64,000 bases of DNA from Chiloscyllium plagiosum (taxonomy: Eukaryota), in contig NC_057711.1 of NCBI RefSeq assembly GCF_004010195.1, forward strand, positions 36,861,406 through 36,925,405, given 5' to 3'. Under the pieces are notes generated by a model. That model worked only from the letters and a program-made list of their open reading frames with translations, did not search any database and was not told where the DNA came from. The translations under genes were made by a program, and so were the position numbers. Numbering within the stretch: the stretch's first letter is position 1; each line of letters begins with the position of its first letter. Positions 52,698 to 64,000 of this stretch are shown here, piece after piece.

Positions 52698-53390
52698 NNN
52701 NNNNNNNNNNNNNNNNNNNNNNNNNNNNNNNNNNNNNNNNNNNNNNNNNNNNNNNNNNNNNNNNNNNNNNNNNNNNNNNNNNNNNNNNNNNNNNNNNNNN
52801 NNNNNNNNNNNNNNNNNNNNNNNNNNNNNNNNNNNNNNNNNNNNNNNNNNNNNNNNNNNNNNNNNNNNNNNNNNNNNNNNNNNNNNNNNNNNNNNNNNNN
52901 NNNNNNNNNNNNNNNNNNNNNNNNNNNNNNNNNNNNNNNNNNNNNNNNNNNNNNNNNNNNNNNNNNNNNNNNNNNNNNNNNNNNNNNNNNNNNNNNNNNN
53001 NNNNNNNNNNNNNNNNNNNNNNNNNNNNNNNNNNNNNNNNNNNNNNNNNNNNNNNNNNNNNNNNNNNNNNNNNNNNNNNNNNNNNNNNNNNNNNNNNNNN
53101 NNNNNNNNNNNNNNNNNNNNNNNNNNNNNNNNNNNNNNNNNNNNNNNNNNNNNNNNNNNNNNNNNNNNNNNNNNNNNNNNNNNNNNNNNNNNNNNNNNNN
53201 NNNNNNNNNNNNNNNNNNNNNNNNNNNNNNNNNNNNNNNNNNNNNNNNNNNNNNNNNNNNNNNNNNNNNNNNNNNNNNNNNNNNNNNNNNNNNNNNNNNN
53301 NNNNNNNNNNNNNNNNNNNNNNNNNNNNNNNNNNNNNNNNNNNNNNNNNNNNNNNNNNNNNNNNNNNNNNNNNNNNNNNNNNNNNNNNNN
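52698..53390. other. Assembly gap (N run)
   Basis: N bases. Confidence 1.
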
Positions 53391-56300
53391 ACTTGGCTTG
53401 TATACCCTTGAGTTTAGAAGACTGAGGGGATCTGATTGAGACGTATAAGATTATTAAAGGATTGGACACTCTGGAGGCAGGAAACATGTTTCCGCTGATG
53501 GGTGAGTACCGAACCTGAGGACACAGCTTAAAAATACGGGGTAGACCGTTTAGGACAGAGATGAGGAGAAACTTGTTCACCCAGAGAGTGGTGGCTGTGT
53601 GGAATGCTCTTCCCCAGAGGGCAGTGGAGGCCCAGTCTCTGGAAAAGAGTTGGATAGAGCTCTCAAGGATAGTGGAATCAAGGGTTATGGAGATAAGGCA
53701 GGAACAGGATACTGATTGAGGATGATCAGCCATGATCATAATGAATGGTGGTGCAGGCTCGAAGGGCAGAATGGCCTACTCCTGCACCTGTTGTCTATTG
53801 TCTAAATATGAGGTATTGCATTTTGGTAGAATAAAGGCAGGACTTATAGAAATAATGGTAGGGTCCTGGGTAGTGTTGCAGTATAGAGAGATCATGGGGT
53901 TCAAGCACATTATTCTTTGAAATTTGCACCACAGGTCGACAGGGTGGTTAAGGCGGCGTTTAGTTCAGATCATTGAGTATAGCAATTGGGTCGTCATGTT
54001 GAGGTTGTACAGGATGTTGGTGAGGCCTCTTCTGGAGTACTATGTGCAGTTCTGGTTGCTCTGCAATAGGAAGGATGTTATTAAATTGGAGAGGGTTCAG
54101 AAAAAATTTACCAGGATGTTGCTGGGAATGGAGGGTTTGAGTTATAAAAATAGACTGGATAGGCTGGGATGTTTCCACTGGAGTGTAGGAGTTTGAGAGG
54201 TGACCTTACAGAGTTTTATTAAATTATGAGGTACATAGATAAGGTGAATAGCAAGGGTATTTTCCCTAGGATGGGGGAGTTCAAAACTAGGAGGCACATA
54301 TTTAAGGTGAGATAGAAAGTTTTAAAAAGGACATGAGGGGCAACATTTTTACACAAGTGATTTATGTGTGAAATAACTGCAAAAGGAAGTGGTGGATGCA
54401 GGTTCAGCTACATTTAAAATGAAACTAACAGCATGGAAATGGCTGTCTCTGGGTACTGTGATCCCGAATCATGTTTCACAGTATATTCCCTACATGTTTG
54501 TAGGCTAAATTGAAAGTGTCAGTTCTTGGTCTTCCCGTGTACTCACTCCTTATGAACTTACTTTTAATTTGCTAGCTATTTAAACTATGGGGCAATAGGT
54601 GGGAGACTAGTTAGAATAATTCTCAAATGAATTTGGATAACAATTAAAATTTAACTAGTAAATTGTCAGAATTGAAAATTCAGCAAACACCTTAATTTAC
54701 ATGAGGCTGTGTAAGCACATGAGTTTTTCATAATTAATACTCCTGAAAAGATACTGGGCATAGGAGGGATTAGGCGTTTTCCTTCAGACTTTTGCAGGTA
54801 TTCATACACAAGACTCAAGACACAGTCGAAAAGACATTTGGATAAGTACATGAATAGGAAAGGTTTGAAGGAATAATGGCCAAACGCAGGCAAGTGGGAC
54901 TAGTTTAGTTTGGGAACATGGTCAGCATGGACTATTGGACTGAAGGGTCTGCTTCCATGCTATGTGACTCTATAACTCTTTCTTGAAAGCAGTCAATGTG
55001 TTGGCGTCAACTATTTTCTTTCGCAGAGAATCTGGGTTTCTCCTCATCTCAATCCTCAATGGCCTATCCTATATCCTTAGATTGTGACCCCTGGTTGTGG
55101 ACTCCCTCAGAAATCAGTACCATCCTTCCTGCATTTGTGCAGATGTGTGAACTATGAGTAGGAATAGATGATTATTTTAATCACATATTGCATTAGAATG
55201 TTTTTCAAAGAATCACAGAACGGTTATAGGAGGAGGCCATTTAGACCGTCATGACTGTGCTGATCCTGGGAAAAGCAGTTTAACTGGCACCACTCCCAGC
55301 TTTTTCCTTGTGGCCCTGCATGTTTTTCCTCTTCAATAATCCAATTGCCTTTTGAAAGTCTCAACTTACCCTGCCTCATCATAATATGAGGCAGTGTATT
55401 TCAGAATTTCAGTATTTGCTGAGAGAAAATGTTTTCCCTCATGTCACCATTCCTTCATTTGCCAACTACTTTAAGTCAGTCCCCTATGGTCTCAATACTT
55501 ACTCTAAAGGGAAGTTCCTCTCCATCTACTCTGTTCATTTCCTTTATTTTTGAATAACTATTAAATCTCCTCTCAACCCTCTCTTCTCCAAGGAGAATAG
55601 ACTCAACAACTTCAGTCTTTCTAAGTCAGTCAAGTTCCTCAATCCCAAAACCATTTACATGAAACTTCTCAGCACATTCCTCCTGAAGTGTGATATCCAG
55701 CACCAGACACAAGGCTTCAACTGAGGCTGTATACTTCTGTTGAGATCAAATCCGCATTTTATAGATACCTGGTTGAATGTAACTTCCTTGATTCTTATAT
55801 TCTATGCCCTGACTGAGGCAGGTTAATATATTGTATACATTATTAGCTGCGCTCTCAAGCTGCCCTGCCACTTTCAATGAGGTATGCATATCCACACCCA
55901 GGATCCTTTGTCTCTATGGCTCCTTTAAAACTGTATCTTTTGTTTTACATTGCCTCTATGGTTTTCATATCAAAATAAATCACTTCACTCTTCTCTGTAT
56001 TAAATTTTACATGCCACTTCTCTGCCCATTCCTCCAACTATCCCTTTGAAGTGCCTTACTATCCATTTTTATTATTCACAATTTCCCAAGTTTTGTATTG
56101 TCTAGAAATTTGTGTCCTTTTCATCCTTTTTACATTCAACTTAAATTGGTTCTCGATCTTCAGCCAAAGGGAACAGCTTATTCCAAACAGATCATCTTGA
56201 ATCCTTCCTAATCTCACATTCCAGCACTCTGTCCACAGATCTGCAAGTTACTGCACACCCATATACCTAGGTCTCTTTTAAATGAATCGTGGGTTTCTAA

Positions 56301-57073
56301 CCCCATTACTCTTTCAGGCAGAGGGTTTCAGGCCTCTGCTGCTCTTTTGGAGAAAACATTTTTCGTTGTTTCCCACTAATCTTTCGAACAATTAAATATA
56401 TGCCCCGTTGTCATCGATCTCTCTGCTAAGGAAGATAGAATACAAAAGCAAGGAACCTTTATAAAGCACTGGGTTCAACCTTACTGTAGTGTTGTGTTCT
56501 AATTCTGGACATCACACTTTAAAACAGGATTCCAGTGATTCAAAGAAGGCTGCTTACAATAACTTTTCACGGGCAATTTGGGATGGAGAATAAATTCTGG
56601 CCTTGTCTGTGACGCCTACATTTCATAATAAATTTTAGAAATACTTAAAGAATCACTGCAGTAAAGTTCTGAAGGACGTACAGGAAACCAGCAGCAACAG
56701 TTCCTTGAATCCCACAAACATGCTGAATCTCTAAGTTGAAATCTGGATTTACATGTTCGGTAGCGATCACTATGAGGCTCTAGCAGAAGATGCAAAGTGC
56801 ATGGATGATTTTTTAAAATGACAAAAATAAAGCAAGAACACTTTTGTAGAGTAGCAATAAAGAGTATTCTTCTTAAAAACATATTTTGTTTATCATGATT
56901 ATGCAATTGCTTAAAAACAACTATATACATAGTCCCATTACTTTTTAGTTACATCACATTGTAAACTTTTGCTATAAGTTGTGTCTTACAATCTTATTCT
57001 CCACGACCACCTGGTGAAGGAGCAGTACTCCGAAAACTAGTGCTTCCAAATAAACCTGTTGGACTATGACCTG

Positions 57074-57985
57074 TCATAGAGATGTACAGCACAGAAACAG
57101 GCCCTTCGGTTCAACTCGTCCATGCCGACCAGATATCCCAACCCAATCTAGTCCCACCTGCCTGCACCCGGCTCATATCCCTCCAAACCCTTCCTATACA
57201 TATACCCATCCAAATGCCTTTTAAATGTTGCAATTGTACAGCATCCATCACTTCCTCTGGCAGCTCATTCCATACACGTACCAGCCTCTGCATGAAAAGG
57301 TTGCCCCTTGGGTATCTTTTACAGAGCAAACTCGATTATCCGAATACCAATTATCCCAAAATCGGATTATCCAAAGGAGATCTCGAGGTCCCAATGGAAA
57401 CATTACATCAAAGATGTGTTTCCAACAGTGATCGAGTCTTTTGTTTACAGTGATTAAACAGGCACCATCTCCAAATGACTGTCTACCTGCCCTCTCTCTC
57501 TCTCCCACACTTTCCCTGGAGTTCTACAGAGGGGTGTACCCTAACCCCACCCCCTTCCCCAGATAATCTCGCCAATATTGTCCTGTACAGGGCAGAGGTG
57601 GAACCTGTCAAAACGTTGCAGTAAAAGGTTGTGTGTGTGGCTGTGTCTGTGTGTGCGCTATTTGGAGACTTACCCCATAAAGGCTACTGCAACAGCTGCA
57701 ACAGCAGCAGCAGCCTTGTTGTTGGTGTATAGTCCAGCTTCCCCGGAGAGGGGGCGATTGTGTACTGGTGCTAGTCTCCTGAACAGGGAGCAGACTTTAA
57801 AAGCTCCGAGCCCCAGAGAAAAGGCATCTGATCAATTAACCAAATAACCGATTATCCGAATGAAATAGTGCCCGCCCATCACGTTCGGATAATCGAGGTT
57901 CCCCTGTATATCTTTCCCCTCTCACCCTAAACCTACGCCCTCAAGTTCTGAACTCCCCCACCCCAGGGAAAAGACTTTGTCTATG
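57074..57985 (-). mobile_element. CR1 3' fragment split by a MITE
   Basis: Reverse-complement match to 4290-4570. Confidence 0.85.
57322..57906. mobile_element. Tc1/mariner (pogo/Tigger-like) MITE, 585 bp
   Basis: TIRs CAGAGCAAACTCGATTATCCGAA / CAGGGGAACCTCGATTATCCGAA; TA at 57320-21 and 57907-08; subterminal GATTATCC repeats. Confidence 0.88.
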
Positions 57986-59715
57986 CCAATTCCTTTTCAA
58001 TTTTATCACTTGCAAAAATGTGTAGAGGAATAAATATTATGGTTATTAATTATGTATAAAGCAGTCGAATTGTCTATCCTCCCCTAAATAAGATACAACT
58101 CATTAGCTCACAGAAGCCTGTTATTTATATGTGTCATAGCAGTAAAGGCAATATATTGTAAGGAAGAATGTCTATGAGCTGAAGCATAAAAGAAAGTATT
58201 GGACTGGTCAAAATTTATAGCTGTTGCTATACTAATACCAAATAAATTATAATGCCTGGAATATTTATCCAACTCTTCTTCAAAGTGTGCCATTCATGTA
58301 AATTTCAACATCACTGATTTTAAAGTTTGGATTCTTAAATTTGAAATTACGGCACATGGGTTTTCTAGGTACCTGATTGGGTTTACTATTAACTTGTTAG
58401 CATTTCTTCAGCCACAGTGACTTCTTTTAAAATGCATGAGTGTATGTGAGCAATGGGTTTTGTTTACTTTGGGAGACTTTTATGTGTGAACAAAAGAAGC
58501 AGTTGTGCATTAGACTTTCAGTTTAGAAAATCAGGTATAATTTTTGTTTCTTTTGATTAAGGAAATACCCGTAAATTGAAAAAAATACCCTTCAAAAGCA
58601 TCACTTGGTTCTCATTACTTCCATGAAGGTTGTTTTAAAGGTCAAAAAGTCATTCTGGAATACTCACCTAAGTGAATCAGTTCTAAGACAATATATAACT
58701 ACAGTAAAGTGGTGGTGGATCACTATAGTATAATACAGAAGATAATGATGCATTTGAGTTGATGACAGGTAGAATAAACAGAATTAAGCAATTAGTTTTG
58801 TCGTGACTTCATTTCAGAAATAAATATGAGTTTAGTTCAAAAAGGAAAGGGTTTTCTCTTAGTTGGATTCTTTTCAATTCAGTTAAATTCAGGTGAACAA
58901 GTCACCTTCACTACTTCTGTTTTCTAATATGGGGAGCATTCAAGGAAATTATTAGAGATAGAAATCTTCATGTTGTTAAAACTGATAAAGTTTAGGCCAT
59001 TAATACTATGTAATTGTAAAATTGTCTTCACAGCTCAAAAAGAAACTCGAAAGTGTTAATCAAGTAGAAAATTAATGAATTGAAATAACAGTGATATTTC
59101 TCTGGGATTGAGTCACTGTTAAGGGATAGTGGTGAGAAACAGGTTGAAGCTTTATTTCCATGTTTGTATTTGATGTTCTCTCTAAGCTGCGCGGCCGCTC
59201 AGAGGGTCCATGCAAAATGCATGCAGATGCACTGATTTCTGCTTCCAGAAGCCATTGCCACCAAAGACTTCAGAGCTCCATGCAGGGGCAGGAAAAATTG
59301 GAGGGAATGTAATTTGTATTAAGGTATTTCTAACTGGAAATATATTTTGCCAATATAGCTTTTATTTCTTTTGTGTTCTGTACTACTATTGAATAGGACA
59401 ATAACATTTTAGAAATGCATCTACACAAAATGTAGCTGCTTGAAAACTGTTTAGCATTTAAAATCTCTAGTCTATGGTCATCAATGTGTAAATCAAGGCT
59501 CTGTTTGCTCAGCTACTCAATGAGCTATTTACTGGGTACGTTATTGAAGTTCTTATTTATGAGTTTTTCTCATGATGTGAACTCAAATGGTTATTTCTGT
59601 TCCTGTAGCGTAGATGCAACATTTTATCAAAGTGGTATAGTTCCCTAAAGAATGAGCTGATTTTACTGCCAAACACTGTCCATAATTATATTTGTGCCTT
59701 GCACAATTTACTTAC

Positions 59716-59740
59716 AACTGAATCAGCATCTGGAGATTCC
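59716..59740 (-). CDS. FCHO2: FCHO2 microexon, 25 nt, (M)ESPDADSV
   Basis: pyrimidine tract ttttgttccttccatag and GTAAGT donor; phase 2-0 links both neighbours; resembles VECPDADSL. Confidence 0.9.
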
Positions 59741-60928
59741 CTATGGAAGGAACAAAAAAAACAAATGTAACCGCTCAAAATATTTCAATCAGAAACAAAA
59801 GTAGTATTTAAAATGAACTGGCCGACATTTGCAATTTTGTGTTAAGAAGGATTACTCATACTTTATCTGTACTATTATATAAAATACATTTCATACATCA
59901 AAGAATTATATTCTAAAATATTTCAAGACAGGCATAAAAGGAACTGGACTTAAATCTGTAGATGTTACAATAATTGGAAGACTGCACTGAGAAAGACAAG
60001 AAAACAAACAAACAAATTTAAATTGATTATGCAGGACTTTCATCGACATGGTGCAAAAGCTATTGTTTAACAAGAAATATTCCATTTAGCAGCTGTGAGT
60101 GCCTAAAACTATCAGTGAAAATTCATCAAACCCAAGACCCAATTATTGCTTCAGATTCACTTCCAGATATCATCCTATTTTATTGTTCTTATTACTTTAT
60201 TTATATGGCATTGTATGCCATGTACATTATGGTATGGCTATTAAGTATATGCAACATTAGAAAAGGCCCACAATATCCATCATTTTAGCAGATGACTGAA
60301 TAAATCTTAAGGAAAAAGATTATGTAATGTCAAGCTTGGGTAAAAATGTTAAGAGTATCAAAGGGAAGAAAGACTGAGCAAGTAAGAAGTTCCAGAGCTT
60401 AGCAGACATTTTCCTATCATCTCTCTTCTACAACAGACCTGGATCTGTTTAGAGTCCTTACAAGACAAAGTTTGAATGCCAGCTGTATTAGAATCTGTTC
60501 TCAATCATTCAAGTCATATCTACAGTGACTTTCACTTTCTATCACAAAACCAATGGCAACAAAACAAATTTTTATAGATTTACTAAGGTGAATAGGTCAA
60601 GGAGACCCAAGTTTAAAACTGGCTCTTTCCAAGTTAGCTTAGCAAATTTACCTTTGCCAGGCCAAACTCTCATGCCAGAAGATGTGGAAATTTCAGGGAA
60701 CAATGGCAACAGAAAAGGGACTCTAATTAACATCACAAGAGACAAAATTCCAGAAAATCCTTCCTTTGTAGAAGCTTAAAGTGGTGAAAAACAATAATAC
60801 CACAGAATGCATGATCTTTAGCTAAAAAGAAACTTTTAAAGTATGATAGCAATACAACATTCTTATGAACACTGCATAACCTCAAGAACCTTCTGAACAT
60901 TTGACTGTACCATTAAAATAAAACTCAC

Positions 60929-61001
60929 ATTGAATCTGCATCTTTTTCTTTTTTTATCCGTCCTGGTATCCCAAAAGGTTTTCTTTTTGACTTTTTCACC
61001 C
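60929..61001 (-). CDS. FCHO2: FCHO2 exon, 73 nt, GVKKSKRKPFGIPGRIKKEKDADS
   Basis: ttgcag / GTGAGT, phase 1-2; resembles recalled [24 protein letters not shown]. Confidence 0.92.
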
Positions 61002-62176
61002 CTGCAATACAAAAGTACTGGTTAACAAATCAATAATTTCAATTAAAATGACATCCAATATTGCAAAAAGAAATATACTTCTTTAAATATCTGAAAATAT
61101 AGTTAAGCCTCCAAAACCAAATTTTCTCAACAGTTAACATTTTGGTTGAGTGACCCTTCCTTAGTTCTGATTTCTCTCCACAGATGCTGCCAGACCTGCT
61201 AAACCTTTCCAGCAATTTCTATTTTTGTCTCTGATTTACAGTGTCTGCAGTTCTTTCGGTTTTCATTTTGCTCAATAATTATTAAACAATTATTTAATGG
61301 TTTCCCTGAATTACATAAGCATTTTAAAACTGTTCACTATCCCCATTAGAGAATAATTTCTCATGTCTCAAATGCAAAGAGTTTTTTCTTATGTTGCTGT
61401 AGTCACGTCTGTGGTAGTTCTCTTCTTGGTGGATTGTCTGAGAATGAAGCCGAAAAGTGAATGGAGCCGAAAAGAGAATGAAGAAGGCGAGAGCTAGCAC
61501 ATGAGTACATGTGTGAAATGAAGGGGAAGGGGAACAAGAGAAGGAAGAATTGCAACTTTTTTCTTGCGGGTGTGGCGGGCAAGGTAGTATGGGGAGAAAA
61601 CAGAAAAAGAATAAACATGGGCAGGGAAGGGGGAAAAGGAAGTCAACCTTCAGTGGTAAGAAAAGGAAAAAATGGTGAATGAAGAGGAAGTACATGATGC
61701 AGGCTGTTAGACAGATCTGCAAAGAGTTAAAAAGAAAAAGGAGAATGAACAAGACTTTTTACGTAAAACCACCCTTCATTCTGTGTTCATTGGCAGGAAT
61801 TGTCTCTTTCTTCCCTACCATTTTATTTCCCTTCTTTCTACTTGGTTTTCCACTTTGATATTAGGATTGAAAGACTTTGTGGAGGACATGTACAGAGTGT
61901 GAAACTCTCGTGAGCAGAAATTAAAGAGACAGGCAATTAAATATGCTGTATGCAGCATGCTATGTGGAAATCAATTAAGAAAAAGGATTGTAGAAATAAG
62001 AGCAAATAAAACTTATTCTTGGCTGTAGAGGTTTAGGAAGAAATCAGTACTCTGATGAGTGAGATGAACTGTCGCTGTTAGGATCTTGAAAGACAATGTG
62101 GGAAACATCAAATGCTATAATATCTCATAAACAAAACTACCGAATCATATATATTTATTAGCAGCTGAAAATTTAC

Positions 62177-62221
62177 CTTCTAGAGCATTGGTTACATTAC
62201 ATTCTTCAAATTCAACAGGAC
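62177..62221 (-). CDS. FCHO2: FCHO2 exon, 45 nt, (G)PVEFEECNVTNALE(G)
   Basis: ctttag acceptor and GTAAAT donor, phase 1-1; resembles recalled human FCHO2 GLIEFEECDTASAVEG at the end of the F-BAR extension. Confidence 0.9.
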
Positions 62222-64000
62222 CTAAAGCAAGAAAACAAATCATGAAGCTTCAAATTGAGTTTCCTTCACAATTCATCATAGTTTTGAAAACATAAAGTTT
62301 CAATTTAGCAGTCAAAATATTGCTTAATTTTTTGTGTGGCAAGATAAATATGTGTATGTGTAAAATGCACTATCAAAGAAATCGGATAATCTTTTATGAA
62401 ATTATACAGCTGAACGTCTTGTGCTTTGCTTCCAGAATATATTCCATCAGCACAAAGCAACAAATAAAGCAAGACTAATGACACCTGGTTTCCATTCCTT
62501 TGTGTTGCCCTCTGATTTCTCTCAAAAGAAATATTCAAACTCATTCTTTTCAGGTAGGAATTATGCAAGGCAACATCTGTCTTGTTTTTCTGCTCCCATC
62601 ATCAGGCAGCAATACACCTGAGCACCCAGAGTAGACACTACATTTTTCAACTAGCTTCCTTCAAAACAGCAAATGACTTAGGACAATCTTAAAGGCAGCA
62701 GATATACCGACTGATGCTTCTGTACAGAAGTCAGAACATCCTAATGATTAATCACTTAAAATAAGTTTCTCAAGTGTGTAACAACAGGTAGATTTCTGCT
62801 AGTTAACAAACTCAAAGTCAGAGGCCTGCATGCCTACTAGGTATAACTTAATTTCCTGAACGCACAAATAGGAACACTAATTACACCAAGGCCAGGAAAA
62901 AGTGTAGACATCAGCCAAACTTTGTAGCATGAAGCTTAATTCAATCTGATACAAAACAATTACACATATAATTTGACTTTACTGCTACTTTAATGTCAGA
63001 TTCTTTAAAATTAATTCAACAATATGCTAATCTTGCCAAGAATAATTAAAGCGCCTTGTTTTGTAATTGCAATCCATGAGTTGACAAGTAATCAGTTCAG
63101 AGGTAAATAAAATGAAAAATAAAAGCTCCCTCATCTACCTAGGAGATGAAAAGTCCATTTCACATTAAATTTTACTTCCCAGTGGACTGTCGGATTTTTG
63201 GAAAGGGGTTGCATCAGATAAATTTGAAAAACACTTGCAAAAGGACCTGGGGCAGAATTTAACAGTCATCTGCCAGTATGTATGTGTGCACTGGGGTGGA
63301 GACAAAAGTTCCCCAATGCCTTCCAAATGCTCTTCCTCAATCTGCACTTTCACACCATGTGGCCTGTGAAGGTATACCTTGCTTCAGTTCCATATAACCC
63401 TTAAGTAACCAATTACTGATTACTTGACGGCAACTTCCAACCAGTTTAATTCTGATGCCAATCAGAAGAGTTAGTGCTTTGGAGGAAGGAATGGAATGAA
63501 GTCCAGCGGTTTATCCTTCTCGAGTCCCTGTTTGGGAATGATGGGATCCCTTTCTGTACCAGAGGTTTGTATCCCTTGTGTGCTCCCTCCCACCTGACTG
63601 CTTCATGACAACACTCCTCTCCCCATTGTAAGGCTTCATCTTCCCATCCTAGCATAACACCCCATCACACTTAGTTGGCCCTGGATCTTGTGACAGAAGC
63701 TCGGGTTGCCTTGCTATCCCAGTTTTAGCCAATGCTGCCCATGAGGATGCTTGGACTGAGGCAGGTCAGGTACAGGAGTCCCGTTTGCAGGCAAATTAGC
63801 ACTACCCAGAAGCCCCTCCAGCTAAAAGATCCCGACTTTGGATAGCCAAGACTTTTAGTATGATATTTCTGAAACAACAGGGTACAAAATGCACTTATGC
63901 TCCAAGTGTAGAAAATAATCAAACATACCCAGAGAAAGAATAAAATAAATTTTGAAGAGTAATTTAAAAAAATTTATTCATGGGGTGTAGGTGTCACTGG

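Larger units (their letters stand above)
49766..53802 (+). mobile_element. End-to-end CR1 LINE (5'UTR, intact ORF1, damaged ORF2, 3' tail) with 8-bp target-site duplication
   Basis: TAAATATG at 49758-49765 and 53803-53810; ORF2 begins LKILCMNARSIRNK..DIVGITEKWL. Confidence 0.9.
49500..54980 (+). mobile_element. Older CR1 RT/3' fragment acting as host, split at 49765/53803 and 54420/54828
   Basis: RT sequence resumes exactly across the insertions. Confidence 0.8.

Noticed and set aside
52128-53739. 427-aa and 369-aa ORFs
   Set aside because: Artefacts of the N-gap plus SINE/CR1 read-through
58662-58684. Minus-strand AG|GTGAGT site (recursive splice site or 15-nt microexon)
   Set aside because: Weak pyrimidine tract; the 15-nt version has in-frame stops; compatible with chance
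61324-61752. 142-aa hydrophobic ORF
   Set aside because: Translation of a purine/pyrimidine-biased low-complexity tract with no recognisable homology
15598-62221. Gene identity as SGIP1 or FCHO1
   Set aside because: F-BAR-end exon, RHSP and GKL.GINEI fit recalled FCHO2 best; phylogeny and synteny would confirm
1-64000. CRISPR array or prokaryotic operon/defence system
   Set aside because: Spliceosomal vertebrate DNA; no repeat-spacer arrays or dense ORFs

Overview
Vertebrate genomic DNA, most likely shark (HE1-type SINEs, shark-type CR1 LINEs, Penelope-like elements). The window lies inside one minus-strand gene identified as FCHO2 (F-BAR/muniscin AP2 activator); both gene ends are outside the window. 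Ten core exons splice in frame from 62221 down to 15598, covering the end of the F-BAR extension, the AP2-activating linker and the start of the proline-rich region. Two extra symmetric exons (39 nt, 480 nt) fit the same frame. Notable features: a U12-type AT-AC intron (43172-43675), a 12-nt microexon, a 160-codon cassette with a WxxF-acidic motif, and many Penelope-derived minimal hammerhead ribozyme motifs, some inside long hairpins. The introns are full of nested transposons (L1, CR1, RTE, L2-like, Penelope, SINEs, a Tigger-like MITE). There are two N-gaps. Homologue comparisons are from memory, not database searches. Most short ORFs in the supplied track are spurious or TE fragments.
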